The notes below the pieces were generated by a model. It saw only the letters and a program-made list of their open reading frames with translations, was not told the origin of the DNA and did no database searches. A program made the position numbers and the translations under genes. DNA of 64,000 bases from positions 5,536,001-5,600,000 of the forward strand of contig OZ252299.1 in assembly GCA_965250285.1 (NCBI GenBank). The letters are read 5' to 3'. The stretch is from Myxococcota bacterium (GTDB lineage Bacteria; Myxococcota_A; UBA9160; UBA4427). Shown piece by piece: positions 45,076-57,031 of the stretch (positions are counted from its first letter, which is position 1; each line of letters begins with the position of its first letter).

Positions 45076-47583
45076 TCAGCCCCGTCGCCCGATCACTGCG
45101 ATCGTCACGCCCTCACCGCCCGCTTCGGGGTCGCCGCTGCGCAGGTCGGTGACGATCGGCGATGCGCCGAGGTGCTCGCGCACCGCGGCGCGCAGTGCGC
45201 CGGTGCCGTGGCCGTGCACGATCTCGACCTGGTCGAAGCCGTCGGCCGCGGCGCGGTCGAGCGCGGTGTCGAGGGCGTCGAGGGCCACAGCGACGCGCTG
45301 GCCGCGCAGGTCGCAGCGCGTCGAGCCGCCGGCCGACGCGTGATCATCCGGCTCGGGCTCCGAGCGCACGAAGCGCACGCGCTCGTCCTTTTGACCGCGC
45401 TGACCTCCGCCCGGAGCGAGCGAGAGACGCGCGGCGTCGACCGTCAGCCGGGTGCCGCCCGCCTGCACGCGGACCCGACCGCCGCGGTCTGGCAGCGTCT
45501 CGAGCACGCCGTCGCGGCCGCCGGGCACGCGCACGCGGTCGCCCACCTGCATGCGCGTCCAGTCGATGGGGCGCGCGCCGGGGTCGGGCTGCTTCGGCTC
45601 GGGCTCGGCGGCGATGCCGCGCTCGGCCGCGTCGCGCTCGGTCTGCTTCTCGATCTCGAGCAGGCGCTCGCGCACCTCGGCCGCCTTGCGAGCGGTGCCC
45701 CCGCGCTGCAGCGCGCGAATCAGCGACGCGACCTCGGCGTGGGCCTCGCGGAACGACGCATCGAGCTCGTCGCGCATCGTGCCGTACACGCGGTCGCGTT
45801 CTTCTCGCAGGGCGCGCAGCTGCGCGTCGTACTCAGCGCCGCTCGACTCGGCTTCGTCGCGGCGCGCGCGCGCCTCGGTGCGTTCGTGGTCGAGCGCGGC
45901 CCGGTCGGCAGCCAGCTCGGCGAGCGCCTCCTCGAGGCGCCGATCCTCGCGGTCGAGCAGCGCCTCGGCGCGGTCGAGCACGGCGCGCGGCATGCCCATG
46001 CGCGCCGCGACGACGGCCGCCGAAGACGGGCCGGCGGCGCCGATGCGCACGCGATAGGTCGGCTCGAGGGTCTCGGGGTCGAAGTCGACGCACGCGTTCT
46101 CGAAGTCGGGGCGCGCGGTCGCCATCTCTTTCAGCAGGTTGAAGTGGGTCGTCGTGACGACGCGCGCGCCGTTCGCGGCGAGGGTTTCGAGCAGCGCCTG
46201 GGCGAGGGCGGCGCCCTCGGCCGGGTCGGTGCCGACGCCGATCTCGTCGAGCACCACGAGCGAATGGGCGCCGGCCTCGCGCACGGTCGCTGCGAGTCGC
46301 GTCATGTGGGCCGAGAACGTGGAGAGACTCATCGCGATCGACTGGCCGTCGCCGATGTCGGCGAGCACGCGGTCGATGCAGTCGACCCGGGCGCCGGCGT
46401 CGCAGGGCACGTGCAGGCCCGCGCGCACCATCAGCGCGGCGAGGCCCATGGCCTTGAGCGCGACGGTCTTGCCGCCGGCGTTCGGGCCCGAGATGACGAG
46501 CACCGTGAAGCCGTCGCCCACGCGCAGATCGTTCGCGACGCACGCGTCCTGCGGGAGCAGCGGGTGCCGCAGGCCGGGCAGATCGAGCACACCCTCGCGG
46601 CCGACCTCGGGTGCGAGGCCCTGCATGCGCTGGCTCAGGTGGCCGCGGGCGAAGGCGAGGTCGATGCGGCCGAGCGCGGCGAGGCTGCGGCCGAGCGTGT
46701 CGGCGTGCTCGCCCACCAGGGCGGAGAGCTCGACCAGCACCCGCTCGCACTCGCGCAGGATCGTCAGGTCGGCCTGCTTGAGCCGGTTGTTCAGGTCGAC
46801 CACGGCCTCGGGTTCGATGAAGAGCGTCGTGCCCGAGCGCGACGCGTCGTGCACGATGCCCGGCACCGAGCCGCGACTGTCGGTGCGCACGGGCAGCACG
46901 TAGCGATCGTTGCGCACGGTCACGAAGTCATCGGAGAGATGTGGCGACACGTCGGCGTGCTGGGCGTAGCGCTGCAGCTTCTTCTGCAGGTCGCCGGCCA
47001 GGCGCGCGCGGTCGCGGCGCGCCTTCGCGAGCGCCGGCGAGGCGCGATCCGAGATGTCACCGCTCGGCTCGATGCAGCGTTGGATCTCGCTCAGCAGATC
47101 GGGGCAGGGCGCGAGCGGCTCGGCCAGATCGCGCAGTCGCGGCGCTGTGTCGGCGCGCTCGTCGAGAAAGCGGCGGGTGTCGCGCACGGCTTCGGCGCAG
47201 CTCGCGACGGCGAGCAGGTCGCGCGATTCGAGTGCGCGTCCGCGCATCGCGCGCCCGAGCAGGGGGGTGGCGTCGAGGGGCAGGCCGAGCGGCGGGCGCT
47301 GCTCTTCATCGAGCAGGCGGCGTGCTTCGCTCGTCTCGTCGAGGCGCGTCTGCATGGCGGCGTGCGAGCGCGCGAAGAGGTCGCCTTCGAGGCCGGTCGC
47401 TGCGCCGGCCTCGCGCCCGGCAGATTCGGGCGCTCCGCTGTCGGCGGACGATTCCAGGTCGTCGCTGGCAGTCGGCTGCAGGCGCACCCGCGCGTGCGGC
47501 GTGCGGCACTCGTCGGCCCACAGCGCCACGAGCTCCGGCCATCCGAGCGCTTCGAGCGCCTCTTGCGTCACCTCGAAGGACAT
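45076..47583 (-). CDS. mutS2: MutS2 endonuclease with a C-terminal Smr domain
   Basis: ISGPNAGGKT, LSTFSAHM, DEIGVGTDP.EG, TTH, DLRG and HGHGTGAL motifs. Confidence 0.95.
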   Translation of the reverse strand: MSFEVTQEALEALGWPELVALWADECRTPHARVRLQPTASDDLESSADSGAPESAGREAGAATGLEGDLFARSHAAMQTRLDETSEARRLLDEEQRPPLGLPLDATPLLGRAMRGRALESRDLLAVASCAEAVRDTRRFLDERADTAPRLRDLAEPLAPCPDLLSEIQRCIEPSGDISDRASPALAKARRDRARLAGDLQKKLQRYAQHADVSPHLSDDFVTVRNDRYVLPVRTDSRGSVPGIVHDASRSGTTLFIEPEAVVDLNNRLKQADLTILRECERVLVELSALVGEHADTLGRSLAALGRIDLAFARGHLSQRMQGLAPEVGREGVLDLPGLRHPLLPQDACVANDLRVGDGFTVLVISGPNAGGKTVALKAMGLAALMVRAGLHVPCDAGARVDCIDRVLADIGDGQSIAMSLSTFSAHMTRLAATVREAGAHSLVVLDEIGVGTDPAEGAALAQALLETLAANGARVVTTTHFNLLKEMATARPDFENACVDFDPETLEPTYRVRIGAAGPSSAAVVAARMGMPRAVLDRAEALLDREDRRLEEALAELAADRAALDHERTEARARRDEAESSGAEYDAQLRALREERDRVYGTMRDELDASFREAHAEVASLIRALQRGGTARKAAEVRERLLEIEKQTERDAAERGIAAEPEPKQPDPGARPIDWTRMQVGDRVRVPGGRDGVLETLPDRGGRVRVQAGGTRLTVDAARLSLAPGGGQRGQKDERVRFVRSEPEPDDHASAGGSTRCDLRGQRVAVALDALDTALDRAAADGFDQVEIVHGHGTGALRAAVREHLGASPIVTDLRSGDPEAGGEGVTIAVIGRRG

Positions 47584-47655
47584 CCGCGCAGTGTAGCCGC
47601 GCCGCTGGGGGGTGATTCACTCAGGGTGTGGGCCCGCCCGACCGAAACGCGACGC

Positions 47656-48504
47656 ATGCGTCCCCCCGACCTCGACGCCCCCACCGAGGCGATCCACGAA
47701 GACGCGCGTGAGCTCGATCGCGCGAGCACGGCCGACGTGCTCGCGTTGATCCACCGCGAAGACGGCGTCGCCCACGAAGCGGTGTCGAAGGTCCTCCCGG
47801 CGATCGAGCAGGCCGTCGACGTGCTCGCGTGCGTCGTCGGCGGCGGGGGGCATTGGTTCAACGTCGGCGCCGGCACCAGCGGACGCATCGGCGTGCTCGA
47901 CGCCAGCGAGATTCCCCCGACCTACGGCCTGTCGCCGCGGGTCGTGCAGGGCGTGATCGCGGGCGGCGACCGCGCGCTGCGTCATGCGGTCGAAGGCGCC
48001 GAGGACGACGACGAGGCCGCGCGCTTCGAGCTGGTCGAACGCGGTCTGGGCATCGGGGACGCCGTGGTCGCGCTCTCGGCGAGCGGCCGGACGCCCTTCG
48101 CCATCGGCGGCGTCGAGGCGGCCATCGAGGCCGGCGCCCGATCGATCGCGATCACGTGTGACCCGGATTCACCGCTCGCGCGCACCGCCGAGCTCTCGAT
48201 CTCGCCGAGCGTGGGGCCCGAGGTCGTGGCCGGCTCGACGCGCATGAAGGGCGGGCTCGTCCAGAAGATGATCCTCACGTCGCTGTCGACGGCGGTGATG
48301 ATCCGGCTCGGCAAGGTGGTCGGGCCCCATATGACGCACCTTCAGCTCGCGTCGAGCAAGCTGCAGGGCCGCGCCGTGCGCATCGTCCAGCAGCTGAGCG
48401 GCCTCGACGAGGCCGAGGCGCGGGCGCTGCTCGACGAGCACGCCGGCTGCGTCGATACGGCCGTTCGAACCGCCGCCGCCCGCCGAGCCCTGGCTGGGGA
48501 CTGA
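47656..48504 (+). CDS. murQ: N-acetylmuramic acid 6-phosphate etherase
   Basis: GAGTSGRIGVLDASE.PPT, GAED, SASGRTP and GPEVVAGSTRMKGG motifs. Confidence 0.95.
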   Translation: MRPPDLDAPTEAIHEDARELDRASTADVLALIHREDGVAHEAVSKVLPAIEQAVDVLACVVGGGGHWFNVGAGTSGRIGVLDASEIPPTYGLSPRVVQGVIAGGDRALRHAVEGAEDDDEAARFELVERGLGIGDAVVALSASGRTPFAIGGVEAAIEAGARSIAITCDPDSPLARTAELSISPSVGPEVVAGSTRMKGGLVQKMILTSLSTAVMIRLGKVVGPHMTHLQLASSKLQGRAVRIVQQLSGLDEAEARALLDEHAGCVDTAVRTAAARRALAGD

Positions 48505-48715
48505 GCCGCCGGCGCCCCCGATCTGCGTCGGCTGATCCCTTCGGGTCAAAGCCTCTCGATCCCGTGGAACAGCCGTCTTCGGTGGGTTCGCGCGCTCTGC
48601 CCGTGATAGGCTCTCCCGACTCCGCGCTTCCCACTCACGTCGAGATGCGGCGACGCCCGGGCCTACGCAGCCCGGTCCGACGCGTGAGTGCACGGGGCAC
48701 GATCTGGGGGAAAGC

Positions 48716-49306
48716 ATGTTCGACCGATTCGCGGTGCTCGCGATGAGCGCACTGTGTCTGCTCGTGCCCGGCCTCGCCCAGGCCGCCGACGACGACGAGT
48801 TCACGCGCCCCGGCTTCTACGCGGGCGCCGGCGCGATCTATGCGCTCGAGAGCTTCAGTGAAGGCGATGTGAGCAATAGCGCCGGCGGCTTCGATCTGCG
48901 CCTCGGCTACCGCGCGAACGAGAACTTCTCGTTCGAGGCCGAGCTCGAGTGGGCCGGCTTCTGGGACCTTCGGGCCCAGCCGCCCGAGGAAGACGACGCC
49001 CGGGTTCAGCTCTACACCCTCGGCGCGAACGTGAAGGCGGCGTACCCGCTCGGCTCGAGCGGCCGATTCCAGCCCTACGGCCTGATCGGTTTCGGCTTCT
49101 ACAGCGCGCGGCTCGACCGAGGCAACGACGCGAATCCGCCCAGCACGAGTGTCGTCAACGGCATGCTCAAGGGCGGCGTCGGGCTCGACTACTACCTGAC
49201 CCGCCACATGGTGATCCGCACCGAGGTCGCCTACAGCGCGCTCTTCGACGGTCGCTCCTCGTTCGACTACATGGGCGTCGGTCTCGGGCTCGACTACCGC
49301 TTCTAG
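48716..49306 (+). CDS. Outer-membrane beta-barrel protein (OmpA-like 8-stranded)
   Basis: Signal peptide ending AQA, amphipathic beta strands, FQPY and a C-terminal YRF. Confidence 0.85.
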   Translation: MFDRFAVLAMSALCLLVPGLAQAADDDEFTRPGFYAGAGAIYALESFSEGDVSNSAGGFDLRLGYRANENFSFEAELEWAGFWDLRAQPPEEDDARVQLYTLGANVKAAYPLGSSGRFQPYGLIGFGFYSARLDRGNDANPPSTSVVNGMLKGGVGLDYYLTRHMVIRTEVAYSALFDGRSSFDYMGVGLGLDYRF

Positions 49307-49375
49307 CGCCAGACGCAGCCGCCGCGGTCATGCGCCGCGCGGCGATCGCTTCGGTCGCTTCGGGCGCACGCCGGC

Positions 49376-50773
49376 TCAGTCGAGCTTTCCGTGGAACGAG
49401 CGCGGGCGGGTCATCGACTCGAAACCCAGCGCCGACAGCGTGCAGCCGTAGCCCGAATCCTTGACCCCCGTCCAGGCGAGCGCCGGGTCGAGGTAGTCGC
49501 ACCGGTTCATGAACACCGTGCCGGTCTCGAGCTGCGCACCGATCGCGCGCGCGGCATCGAGGTCGCGGGTCCACACGCTCGCCGTCAGCCCGAACGCGCT
49601 GTCGTTCATCAGCTGCACCGCCGCATCGTCGTCGTCGACGGGCATGATGCCGACGACGGGGCCGAAGCTCTCTTCGGTCATGACGCGCATGCGGTGGTCG
49701 ACGTCGACCAGGATCTGGGGCGCGAGATACGGCGTGCCGGGCGCGTGCGCGTCGAAGGCGACCGGGTCGATCAGGGCCCGGGCCCCGGCGGTGACGGCGT
49801 CTTCGATCTGCCCCAGCACGAAGGTGGCGGCGTCGGCGCGGACCATCGGCCCGAGGTTGGTTTCGGGCTTCGTGGGGTCGCCGAGCGCGTAGCGACAGGT
49901 GATGTCGCGGGCCGCCTCGACGAAGTCGTCGAAGCGGCTGCGCTGCACGTAGATGCGCTCGATGCCGCAGCACGACTGCCCGCTGTTGAAGAACGCGCCG
50001 TCGACGAGCCCTTCGGCCGTGGCCTCGATGTTGGCGTCGGCCCGCACGTAGGCGGGATCCTTGCCGCCCAGCTCGAGGCCCGTCGTCGCGAAGTGCTCGG
50101 CCGCGGCGCGGGCGACGCTGCGTCCGCCGGGCACCGAGCCCGTGAAGGCGACGTGATCGACGTGCCCGCCGCGAATCGTCCGGGTCGTGTCGTCGTGCGA
50201 GAGATGCAGCGCCTGGAACACGCCCGCCGGGAGTCCGGCCATCTCGAAGGCATCGGCCATGCGCTCGGCGCAGAGCGGTGTCTGCGACGAGTGTTTGAGG
50301 ATGACCGTGTTGCCCGCGAGCAGCGCCGGCACGACAGCGTTCACCGCGGTGAGGTAGGGGTAGTTCCAGGGGGCGATCACGAACACGACACCGAGCGGCA
50401 CCCGTTCGATGAAGCGCTCGAAGCCCTCCTTCGGGTCGGGTCGCACCGGGCCGAGCGATGCCTCGGCGATCGCGATCATGTGGCGCGCCCGCTCTTCGAA
50501 GCCGCGCACCTCACCGGGTGTCTGCGCGATGGGCCGTCCCATCTGCCACGTGATCTCTTCTGCGATCTCGTCGGTGCGGCCGACGAAGGCGTCGACGGCG
50601 GCGCTCATGGCGGCCCGGCGCTCGCTGATGCTGTGCGCGCGCCAGGCGGTCGTGGCGCGCCGGGCGTTTGTCAGTGCGCGCTCGAGGGCAGCGCCAGTCG
50701 TCTGCTCGCGTTCGACGAAGACACGGCCGTCGACCGGGCTGCGGCATTCGAGTCGGCCGGAGGCCGCGCTCAC
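49376..50773 (-). CDS. Aldehyde dehydrogenase family protein
   Basis: PWNYP, FTGS, LELGGKDP, NSGQSC and EESFGP motifs. Confidence 0.95.
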   Translation of the reverse strand: MSAASGRLECRSPVDGRVFVEREQTTGAALERALTNARRATTAWRAHSISERRAAMSAAVDAFVGRTDEIAEEITWQMGRPIAQTPGEVRGFEERARHMIAIAEASLGPVRPDPKEGFERFIERVPLGVVFVIAPWNYPYLTAVNAVVPALLAGNTVILKHSSQTPLCAERMADAFEMAGLPAGVFQALHLSHDDTTRTIRGGHVDHVAFTGSVPGGRSVARAAAEHFATTGLELGGKDPAYVRADANIEATAEGLVDGAFFNSGQSCCGIERIYVQRSRFDDFVEAARDITCRYALGDPTKPETNLGPMVRADAATFVLGQIEDAVTAGARALIDPVAFDAHAPGTPYLAPQILVDVDHRMRVMTEESFGPVVGIMPVDDDDAAVQLMNDSAFGLTASVWTRDLDAARAIGAQLETGTVFMNRCDYLDPALAWTGVKDSGYGCTLSALGFESMTRPRSFHGKLD

Positions 50774-51525
50774 GGCCCGACGGCCTCGTTGGTTCGGACG
50801 CGCTCCTGCTGGGCGATCTGTCGCGCGGCGGCGCGTTCACCGACCTGGATGCCGACGAGGCGACCGATGAAGATCGCGATGTAGAGCTGACCCACCAGCG
50901 CTTCGATGCTCGTGAGCAGCCGCGCACGATCGGTCGCCGGCACGATGTCGCCGTAGCCGAGCGTCGTGAGCGTGGTGATGCTGAAGTAGACGATCGTCGG
51001 GAACGATCGGCCCGAGTACATCGAGTCGACGTAGTCGAGCAGGGGCTGGCCCCCGATCATGTAGCTGCCGTGGTTCGCGATCTCGGCGCTCAGATGAATC
51101 AGCGCGAACGCGAAGACGAAGAGCAGATACACGTTGATCCCGCCGAAGAGCGTCTCGCGCGTCACGCTGTCGTGCTGCAGCAAAGCGTGGGTGAGGATCA
51201 CGGCGGTGAAGAGCAGGCTGGTGGCGACCGTCAGCACGCGCAGGACGTTGTCGGCCTGGCCCGGTAGAAAGTCGGGACCGAGCCAGGCGAACGCCGCCGG
51301 CGTGGCCAGCACGAGCGCGACGACGAGCACGGCGCGGCGAGCCGAAGCGGCGTAGAGACTGGCGCCCAGCACGATCAGCACCGAAGCCTGAAAGAAGCGC
51401 GCCTCGGTCTCGGCCGACGAGAAGAGCGGCATGACGAACAGCGCCAGGAGCTGGGCCACGAGCAGCGTCGTATTGCGCCGGTTGTCGAGCGTCGCGTTCA
51501 GCTTGTCGCCGATCGGATGCCGCAT
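50770..51525 (-). CDS. Potassium/ion channel family membrane protein
   Basis: YFSITTLTTLGYGDIVP selectivity filter and multiple TM segments. Confidence 0.88.
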   Translation of the reverse strand: MRHPIGDKLNATLDNRRNTTLLVAQLLALFVMPLFSSAETEARFFQASVLIVLGASLYAASARRAVLVVALVLATPAAFAWLGPDFLPGQADNVLRVLTVATSLLFTAVILTHALLQHDSVTRETLFGGINVYLLFVFAFALIHLSAEIANHGSYMIGGQPLLDYVDSMYSGRSFPTIVYFSITTLTTLGYGDIVPATDRARLLTSIEALVGQLYIAIFIGRLVGIQVGERAAARQIAQQERVRTNEAVGP

Positions 51526-51651
51526 GGCAGGGCGCGCTCCTCGAAGGGCCGTTCTTCGTTCGCGGGGCAGCGTACCAGACGCGGGCACGTGCCACGCGGC
51601 GGGGTGCCGGACGCAGCGTACCCCAGCGATGCCGGGCGAGGGTGCCTTCCC

Positions 51652-54549
51652 TCAGTCGTCGGTGAGCACGACGTCGACCGCGACGAAGTCGTCTTCGGCC
51701 TGGCCGTCGAGATCGACCGAACGAATGAAGATCAGCGCTTCGTCGAGGCCGAGCTCGTCGACCAGCTCGGCCCGAACCGCGCGGGCGCGCGCCTTGCCGA
51801 GCGCAAGCAATCGCTCGTCGTCGACGTCTTCGCCGGCCTTGCGGAGCGCGCGCTCGTCGCGGCGCTTGTCGACCCGCCCCTTGATGCCGATTCGCTGCTT
51901 GGGTTGGTTCGCGATCAAGGTCGCCACGTTGACCAGCGTCTGACGCTGGGCTTCGTCGAGGCTGGACGAGCCGACCGCGAAGTCGATCTGCGTCTGCTTG
52001 TCTGCCGTGAAGTCGGGCATCGCCGTCTGCAGCACGGCGAACGGCGACGAGAGCGCCTGCTGGATCACCTTCACGAAGGCGGCAGTGATGAGTGCGCGCA
52101 GGTTGAAGTTCGGGTCGTCGAGATCGCCTTCGATGCGGCCGAGATCGAGATCGGTCTGACCTTGCCGATCGGTGAGCAGCTTGAACGCGAGCGGGACGGG
52201 CAGCCTGAGGGCATCTTCGCTGCCCGTACGCGGGCCGAAGGCCAGGCGGTCGAAGCGCAGCTTGTTCTTGCCGGAGATGCGGCTCGTATCCATGAAGACC
52301 GAGTAGTCGAGGTCGACGTTCATCTTGCCCTGCTCGACCTCGTTGCCCACGTACTGCTCGAAATAGGGCGCGAGCAGCGTGACCGAGAGCCCCTGCAACG
52401 CGAGCTGAAAGTCGACCTGCTCGGCGCTGGGGAACCCGCCTCGGACCGTCAGCGGCGCCGACTCGCCCACGCGTGCGTCGAACGCGAGCTCGCCCCGGGC
52501 GGTGCCGCCCGGCTGCTCGACACGTTCGTATACGCCGTTCAGCTGGGAGATGTCGAGATTGAAAGCGCGCTTCGTCGAGGCGTCGCGGTAGTCGAGGCGG
52601 CCATCGGCGATCTCGATGCGGCGCAGGTCGAAGCTCGGCCCTGGGCTCGGGCCGGGCGCGGCGTCGGGCGTCGGGGCCATCAGTCGGTTCACGTTCAGCC
52701 CCCCGTTCGGCGTCCGCTCGACGAAGATCGACGGCGCGTCGAGCTGCACCGTCTTCAGGTCGACGCGCTGGCCGCTGTCGTCCACCCGAAGCTGCTCGAC
52801 ATGCAGTCGTCCGACGCGGATCACGGGCGTCGGCGCGTTCCGCCCGCCCCGAGGCTGCTCGATGACGAGCCCCCGCACGTCGACGGCGGCGCTCGCCGAG
52901 ACCTCGGGCTGCTCGGCGCCGTCTGGCATCGACGCCTCGACGCTCGAGGTCACGTCGAGCCGACCGCTCGAGATGCGTGTACCCGGCGCGAAGCCGACGA
53001 GCGGAGACCACGGGGCCAGCGCGACGTCCTTCGCGGTCACCTCGAGATCGGCCTCGAGTGGGCGAGGGACGACGCGCCCCGTCAACTGGATGTGCGCGCC
53101 CGCGGTCGACTCTCGCTTGGGCGACGTCGCCGCCGAGGCCGCGGTCGGGTTCGCGGCGTCGACGGGCTCACCGCCGGGCGGGGGCGCAAGCTGGGCGAGG
53201 TCGGGGTCGGGCAGGGCGACCGAGAGCGAGATCTCGATGTCTTCGTTCGCGACCGACGAGATGCCGAGCGCTTCGAGGTCGATCGGGCCGACCGAGATGA
53301 TCGCTTCGTCTCGCGCCTCGGCCGATGCGAGGCTGAGGGTGCCATCCGAGATCACGAGGCGGTCGACCTCGATCTTCCACTCGGGCGTCTCGGCGCCCGG
53401 CGGCGCCGCGGAGGCATCGGCCGCCACGCTGTCGGCCGGCTCGACGTCGGGCGAGGCCGCCTGCGGATCCGCCGCCTCGTCGGCCTCGCTCGTGCTCGCG
53501 CCTTCGTCTTCGACACCCGGCAGCACGGCCGCGACGCTCGGGCCTTCGAGCACGATCTCGTCGATGCCGATCTCGCGATCGGCGACGCTCAGGCGAAACC
53601 CCTCGACCGCGAACCGGTCGAGCCCGACGCGTTGCAGCTCTGCGAGATCCGAGTCGGCGCGCCAGTCGCGCGCCTCGATCCCCCCACGATCGACGCGCAC
53701 GACGAGGCCGCCGTCGGCGTCGAGGTCGATGCCGAAGTCGGTCTCGATCTCGAGCTCGCCGTCCGTCGGACGCACGGGAAACGATGGACCGAGGTAGTCG
53801 GCGACCGTGTTGAAGCGCAGACCGTCGAGGCTCAGCGTGCCGGTCGCGGCGAGGGGATCGACGCTCAGCTCGAACTCGGTCAGCAGGTGCAGGCCGCGGC
53901 TGCTCGTCGCTTCAAAACGCACGCGCCCCTGCTCGCCGGGCACGGTGCTGATCTCGGCGACGGACAGGTCGATCGGGCGAAGCGACGCAATGAAGAGGTG
54001 ATCCTGGCTGCGGTCGAAGAGGCGCAGGCTGCCGTCGCGGATGTGGAGCTGGTCGATGCGAACGGGGAACAGGCCGGTGTCGTCCCCATCATCGGGCGCG
54101 TCGGTCGCGTCGGCGTCGTCGGGGAGCAGCGCGAGGAGGTTCAGCTCGCCGTCGGCCGACAGCTCGCCGTGCACCGCCGGTGCCTCGAGCACGATCTCGC
54201 TCACGCGCAGCACGCCGAGGAGGCTCTGCCAGAACTCGAGGTTGGCCACCAGTGAGTCGGCCGACACGAGCAGGTTGCCCGACGCGTCCCGCAACTCGAT
54301 CCCGCCGATCTCGAAGCGCAGGGTGAGCGGGTTCACGCGGATGCGATCGATGTCGAGCTCGACGCCGAGCAGCGCGCCGACCTCGCGCTCGATCGGCTCG
54401 CGGGCGACCCAAGGCACGATGAGGCCGAGGGTCAGCGCGTAGAGGGCATAGGCGCAGGCGGCGCCGATCGCGATGCGGCGGATGCGCTGGTGGCGGAGAT
54501 CGGCGGCGTCGCCCGGCGCGTTCGGATCGGTGCTGTCGTCGCGGGGCAT
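51652..54549 (-). CDS. DUF748 domain protein (AsmA-like) with an OmpA-like C-terminus
   Basis: N-terminal TM anchor, NPLTL, repeated I.DG.L...D beta units, LAFKLLTD..G and L...RARAV. Confidence 0.8.
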   Translation of the reverse strand: MPRDDSTDPNAPGDAADLRHQRIRRIAIGAACAYALYALTLGLIVPWVAREPIEREVGALLGVELDIDRIRVNPLTLRFEIGGIELRDASGNLLVSADSLVANLEFWQSLLGVLRVSEIVLEAPAVHGELSADGELNLLALLPDDADATDAPDDGDDTGLFPVRIDQLHIRDGSLRLFDRSQDHLFIASLRPIDLSVAEISTVPGEQGRVRFEATSSRGLHLLTEFELSVDPLAATGTLSLDGLRFNTVADYLGPSFPVRPTDGELEIETDFGIDLDADGGLVVRVDRGGIEARDWRADSDLAELQRVGLDRFAVEGFRLSVADREIGIDEIVLEGPSVAAVLPGVEDEGASTSEADEAADPQAASPDVEPADSVAADASAAPPGAETPEWKIEVDRLVISDGTLSLASAEARDEAIISVGPIDLEALGISSVANEDIEISLSVALPDPDLAQLAPPPGGEPVDAANPTAASAATSPKRESTAGAHIQLTGRVVPRPLEADLEVTAKDVALAPWSPLVGFAPGTRISSGRLDVTSSVEASMPDGAEQPEVSASAAVDVRGLVIEQPRGGRNAPTPVIRVGRLHVEQLRVDDSGQRVDLKTVQLDAPSIFVERTPNGGLNVNRLMAPTPDAAPGPSPGPSFDLRRIEIADGRLDYRDASTKRAFNLDISQLNGVYERVEQPGGTARGELAFDARVGESAPLTVRGGFPSAEQVDFQLALQGLSVTLLAPYFEQYVGNEVEQGKMNVDLDYSVFMDTSRISGKNKLRFDRLAFGPRTGSEDALRLPVPLAFKLLTDRQGQTDLDLGRIEGDLDDPNFNLRALITAAFVKVIQQALSSPFAVLQTAMPDFTADKQTQIDFAVGSSSLDEAQRQTLVNVATLIANQPKQRIGIKGRVDKRRDERALRKAGEDVDDERLLALGKARARAVRAELVDELGLDEALIFIRSVDLDGQAEDDFVAVDVVLTDD

Positions 54550-54681
54550 CTCGTGTCCTGGGCCGACGGCCGGCTGCAGGCGGTCTCGACGCGTGCGACG
54601 CGCACCCGTTCGGCCGACGCGCGACGCGCGCGGTGCGTCCGTCGAGTCGCCGGTGCGTGCCGGTTGGGGCGGGTCTCTTGG

Positions 54682-55851
54682 CTAGAGCGCCCGGACCCCG
54701 GTCACGTGTTCGCCGAGGATCAGCGTATGGATGTCGTGCGTGCCCTCGTAGGTGCGCACCGTCTCGAGGTTCATCATGTGGCGCATGCTCTGGTAGTCGT
54801 CGACGATGCCGTTGGCGCCGAGCAGGTCGCGGGCGTCGCGCGCGCAGCGCAGCGAGATGTCGACGTTGTTGCGCTTGATCATCGACACCATCGAGTGATG
54901 GAGCTTGCCCGCGTCCTTGATGCGGCCGACCTGCAGCGCGAGCAGCTGACCCTTGGTGATCTCGGTGATCATCTCGACGAGCTTCTGCTGCGTGAGCTGC
55001 TTGCCGGCGAGCAGGCCGCCCTGCACCTCGCGCTCCTTCACGTACTGCAGCGCTTCGTCGTAGCAGGCCATCGCGGCTCCGAGCACGCCCCACGAGATGC
55101 CGTAGCGCGCCTGGTTCAAGCAGCCGAGCGGCCCCCCGAGGCCTCGGGCGCCGGGCAGCAGGTTCTCGTCGGGCACCTCGACGTCGGTCAAGAAGAGCTC
55201 GCTCGTCACCGACGCACGCAGGCTGAACTTGCCCTTGATGTCGCGCGCCTCGAAGCCCGGACGATCCGTCTCGACGATGAAGCCGCGCACGCCGTCTTCG
55301 GTCTTCGCCCAGACGATCGCCAGCTTGGCGACGGTGCCGTTCGTGATCCAGCGCTTCACGCCGTTCAGCACCCAGCCATCGCCCTTCTTCTCGGCCTTCG
55401 TGGTCATGCCGGTCACGAAGCTACCGGCATCGGGTTCGGTCAGGCCGAAGCAGCCGATGGCGCGGCCCGCCGCCATTTCGGGCAGCCACTTCTCCTTCTG
55501 CTCGTCGGTGCCGTAGGTGTGAATCGGGTACATGCAGAGCGAGCCCTGCACCGAAGCGAACGAGCGCAAGCCCGAGTCGCCGCGCTCGAGCTCCTGCATG
55601 AGCAGCCCGTAGGCGACGTTGTTCATGCCCGCGCAGCCGTAACCCTGCAGGTTCGCGCCGAACATGCCGAGCTCGGCCATCGACTCGGACAGCTCCATCG
55701 GGAACGATCCGTCCTGGCGGACGTGCTCCTGGATGCGGGGCATGAACTCTTTCGAGACCCATTCGCGGACGCTCTCGCGCACGGCGATCTCTTCGTCGCT
55801 GAACTGGGTGTCGTCGAGCTTCAGGAAGTCGGGGGAGGCGTAGTCGGCCAC
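54682..55851 (-). CDS. gcdH: Glutaryl-CoA dehydrogenase-like acyl-CoA dehydrogenase
   Basis: [34 protein letters not shown] and TYEGTHDIH motifs. Confidence 0.85.
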   Translation of the reverse strand: MADYASPDFLKLDDTQFSDEEIAVRESVREWVSKEFMPRIQEHVRQDGSFPMELSESMAELGMFGANLQGYGCAGMNNVAYGLLMQELERGDSGLRSFASVQGSLCMYPIHTYGTDEQKEKWLPEMAAGRAIGCFGLTEPDAGSFVTGMTTKAEKKGDGWVLNGVKRWITNGTVAKLAIVWAKTEDGVRGFIVETDRPGFEARDIKGKFSLRASVTSELFLTDVEVPDENLLPGARGLGGPLGCLNQARYGISWGVLGAAMACYDEALQYVKEREVQGGLLAGKQLTQQKLVEMITEITKGQLLALQVGRIKDAGKLHHSMVSMIKRNNVDISLRCARDARDLLGANGIVDDYQSMRHMMNLETVRTYEGTHDIHTLILGEHVTGVRAL

Positions 55852-55946
55852 GGGGGCTCCTTCGCCGCGTCATCGGGCCGGAGCCGTCGCGCGGGCTGGG
55901 ACGCTTGGGGCGGGCGGCGGGCCGCCTGCGGGCCCTTCACGATAGC

Positions 55947-55989
55947 GAAAACGCAGAGGGGCCCGGTGGCTGAGCCACCGAACCCCTCT
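55947..55989 (-). terminator. Rho-independent terminator downstream of the phasin gene
   Basis: Minus strand reads AGAGGGGTTCGGTGGC-TCA-GCCACCGGGCCCCTCT-GCGTTTT. The G-U pairs form only on this strand. Confidence 0.75.
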
Positions 55990-56089
55990 CGGTCACACCC
56001 GCGCCGGCCGGCCCTCGCGTCGGGCCGATCTGGACAGCTGGGCGTGCGGCGTTCGCGCAGGCCGGCGTGCGGCCACCGGCCAACGCGAC

Positions 56090-56467
56090 CTACTTGGCGG
56101 CCGCCGACCCGCTGAGCGACTTGTCCAGGGCGTTGAGCTTGCGGTTGATCTTGTTCAGCTTGCGGTCGAGCTTCGCGACATCGCGGCGCGAGGCGATCTG
56201 CAGGCCGCCGAGCAGCGCGTCGACGCCCTGCTCGACCTGTGCGGCCACGTTCTTCTGCAGCTCGTTGGCTCGCTTGACGGCGGGGCGCTTCTCGAAATCC
56301 TTCTGGATGCGCTTCATCTCTTTCTCCGCCCGCTTCTCGAAGCGCTTGCGGCGCTTCTCGATGTCCTTCTGGAACTTCTCGATGTCGGTCTGGACGGTCG
56401 AGACGTAGGTCTGGATGCGGTCGATGCTGTCGGCGACGATGCCGTTGCTCGGTGTGGTGGTAGCCAT
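56090..56467 (-). CDS. Phasin-like (PHA granule-associated) protein
   Basis: Amphipathic helix with a LQIASRRDVAKLDRKL tail typical of PhaI/PhaF-type phasins. GAGGAG RBS. Confidence 0.65.
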   Translation of the reverse strand: MATTTPSNGIVADSIDRIQTYVSTVQTDIEKFQKDIEKRRKRFEKRAEKEMKRIQKDFEKRPAVKRANELQKNVAAQVEQGVDALLGGLQIASRRDVAKLDRKLNKINRKLNALDKSLSGSAAAK

Positions 56468-57031
56468 GGTGGTCTCCTCGTTGAATGGGATGATCTTGGC
56501 CGAGCGGGGTGCATCCGCTCGCATGCTCTTGGTCTTGCCGTCGACGCGCCTGCGGCGACGGACGAAGTCGCCGCTGCGCTTGCGCTTGCTGCGACGGGAC
56601 GCCTTGGGCGAAGCGTCGCCGGGGTCGCCCTGAGCGCGCGCGGCGATGCGGTCGTCGTCGAGCGTGTCCTCTCGCTTCCGCTTGCGCTTTTCGCCGGGCT
56701 TGCCCTTGCTCTTTTCTCGCTTCTTCGACTTCTCGCTCTTCGAGTTCTTCTTGCCGGGCTTGGTGTTCGCGTTGTTGCCGGTTTTGTTGCTGGTCTTGTG
56801 GCTGGCCTTGTGGCCCGCCTCGTTGTTCGTTTTGCCGCTGTCCTTGCTGCGCTTGCGCTTCGTGTCGCCCGGCTTGCCCGCCTTGCCGGCCTTCGCTTCG
56901 TCGCGCTCCTTCGAGGCGCGCTTCGCATCTCGCTTGGCCACGCGCGTCTCCTGATGGGCGTCTCGTCGGACACGCCGAAGCGCGCGCAGGGGAACCGAGC
57001 GACGCAGTGCAGCATAGACGCGGCGCGTCAT
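56468..57031 (-). other. Lys/Arg-rich open frame, in frame with and upstream of the phasin
   Basis: No stop over about 190 codons; K/R/S/N-rich with 12-bp repeats. Whether it is translated is uncertain. Confidence 0.4.

Noticed and set aside
44698..47655. 1268-aa + strand ORF
   Set aside because: It is an antisense shadow of mutS2 running into murQ. Only 47656-48504 is protein-like.
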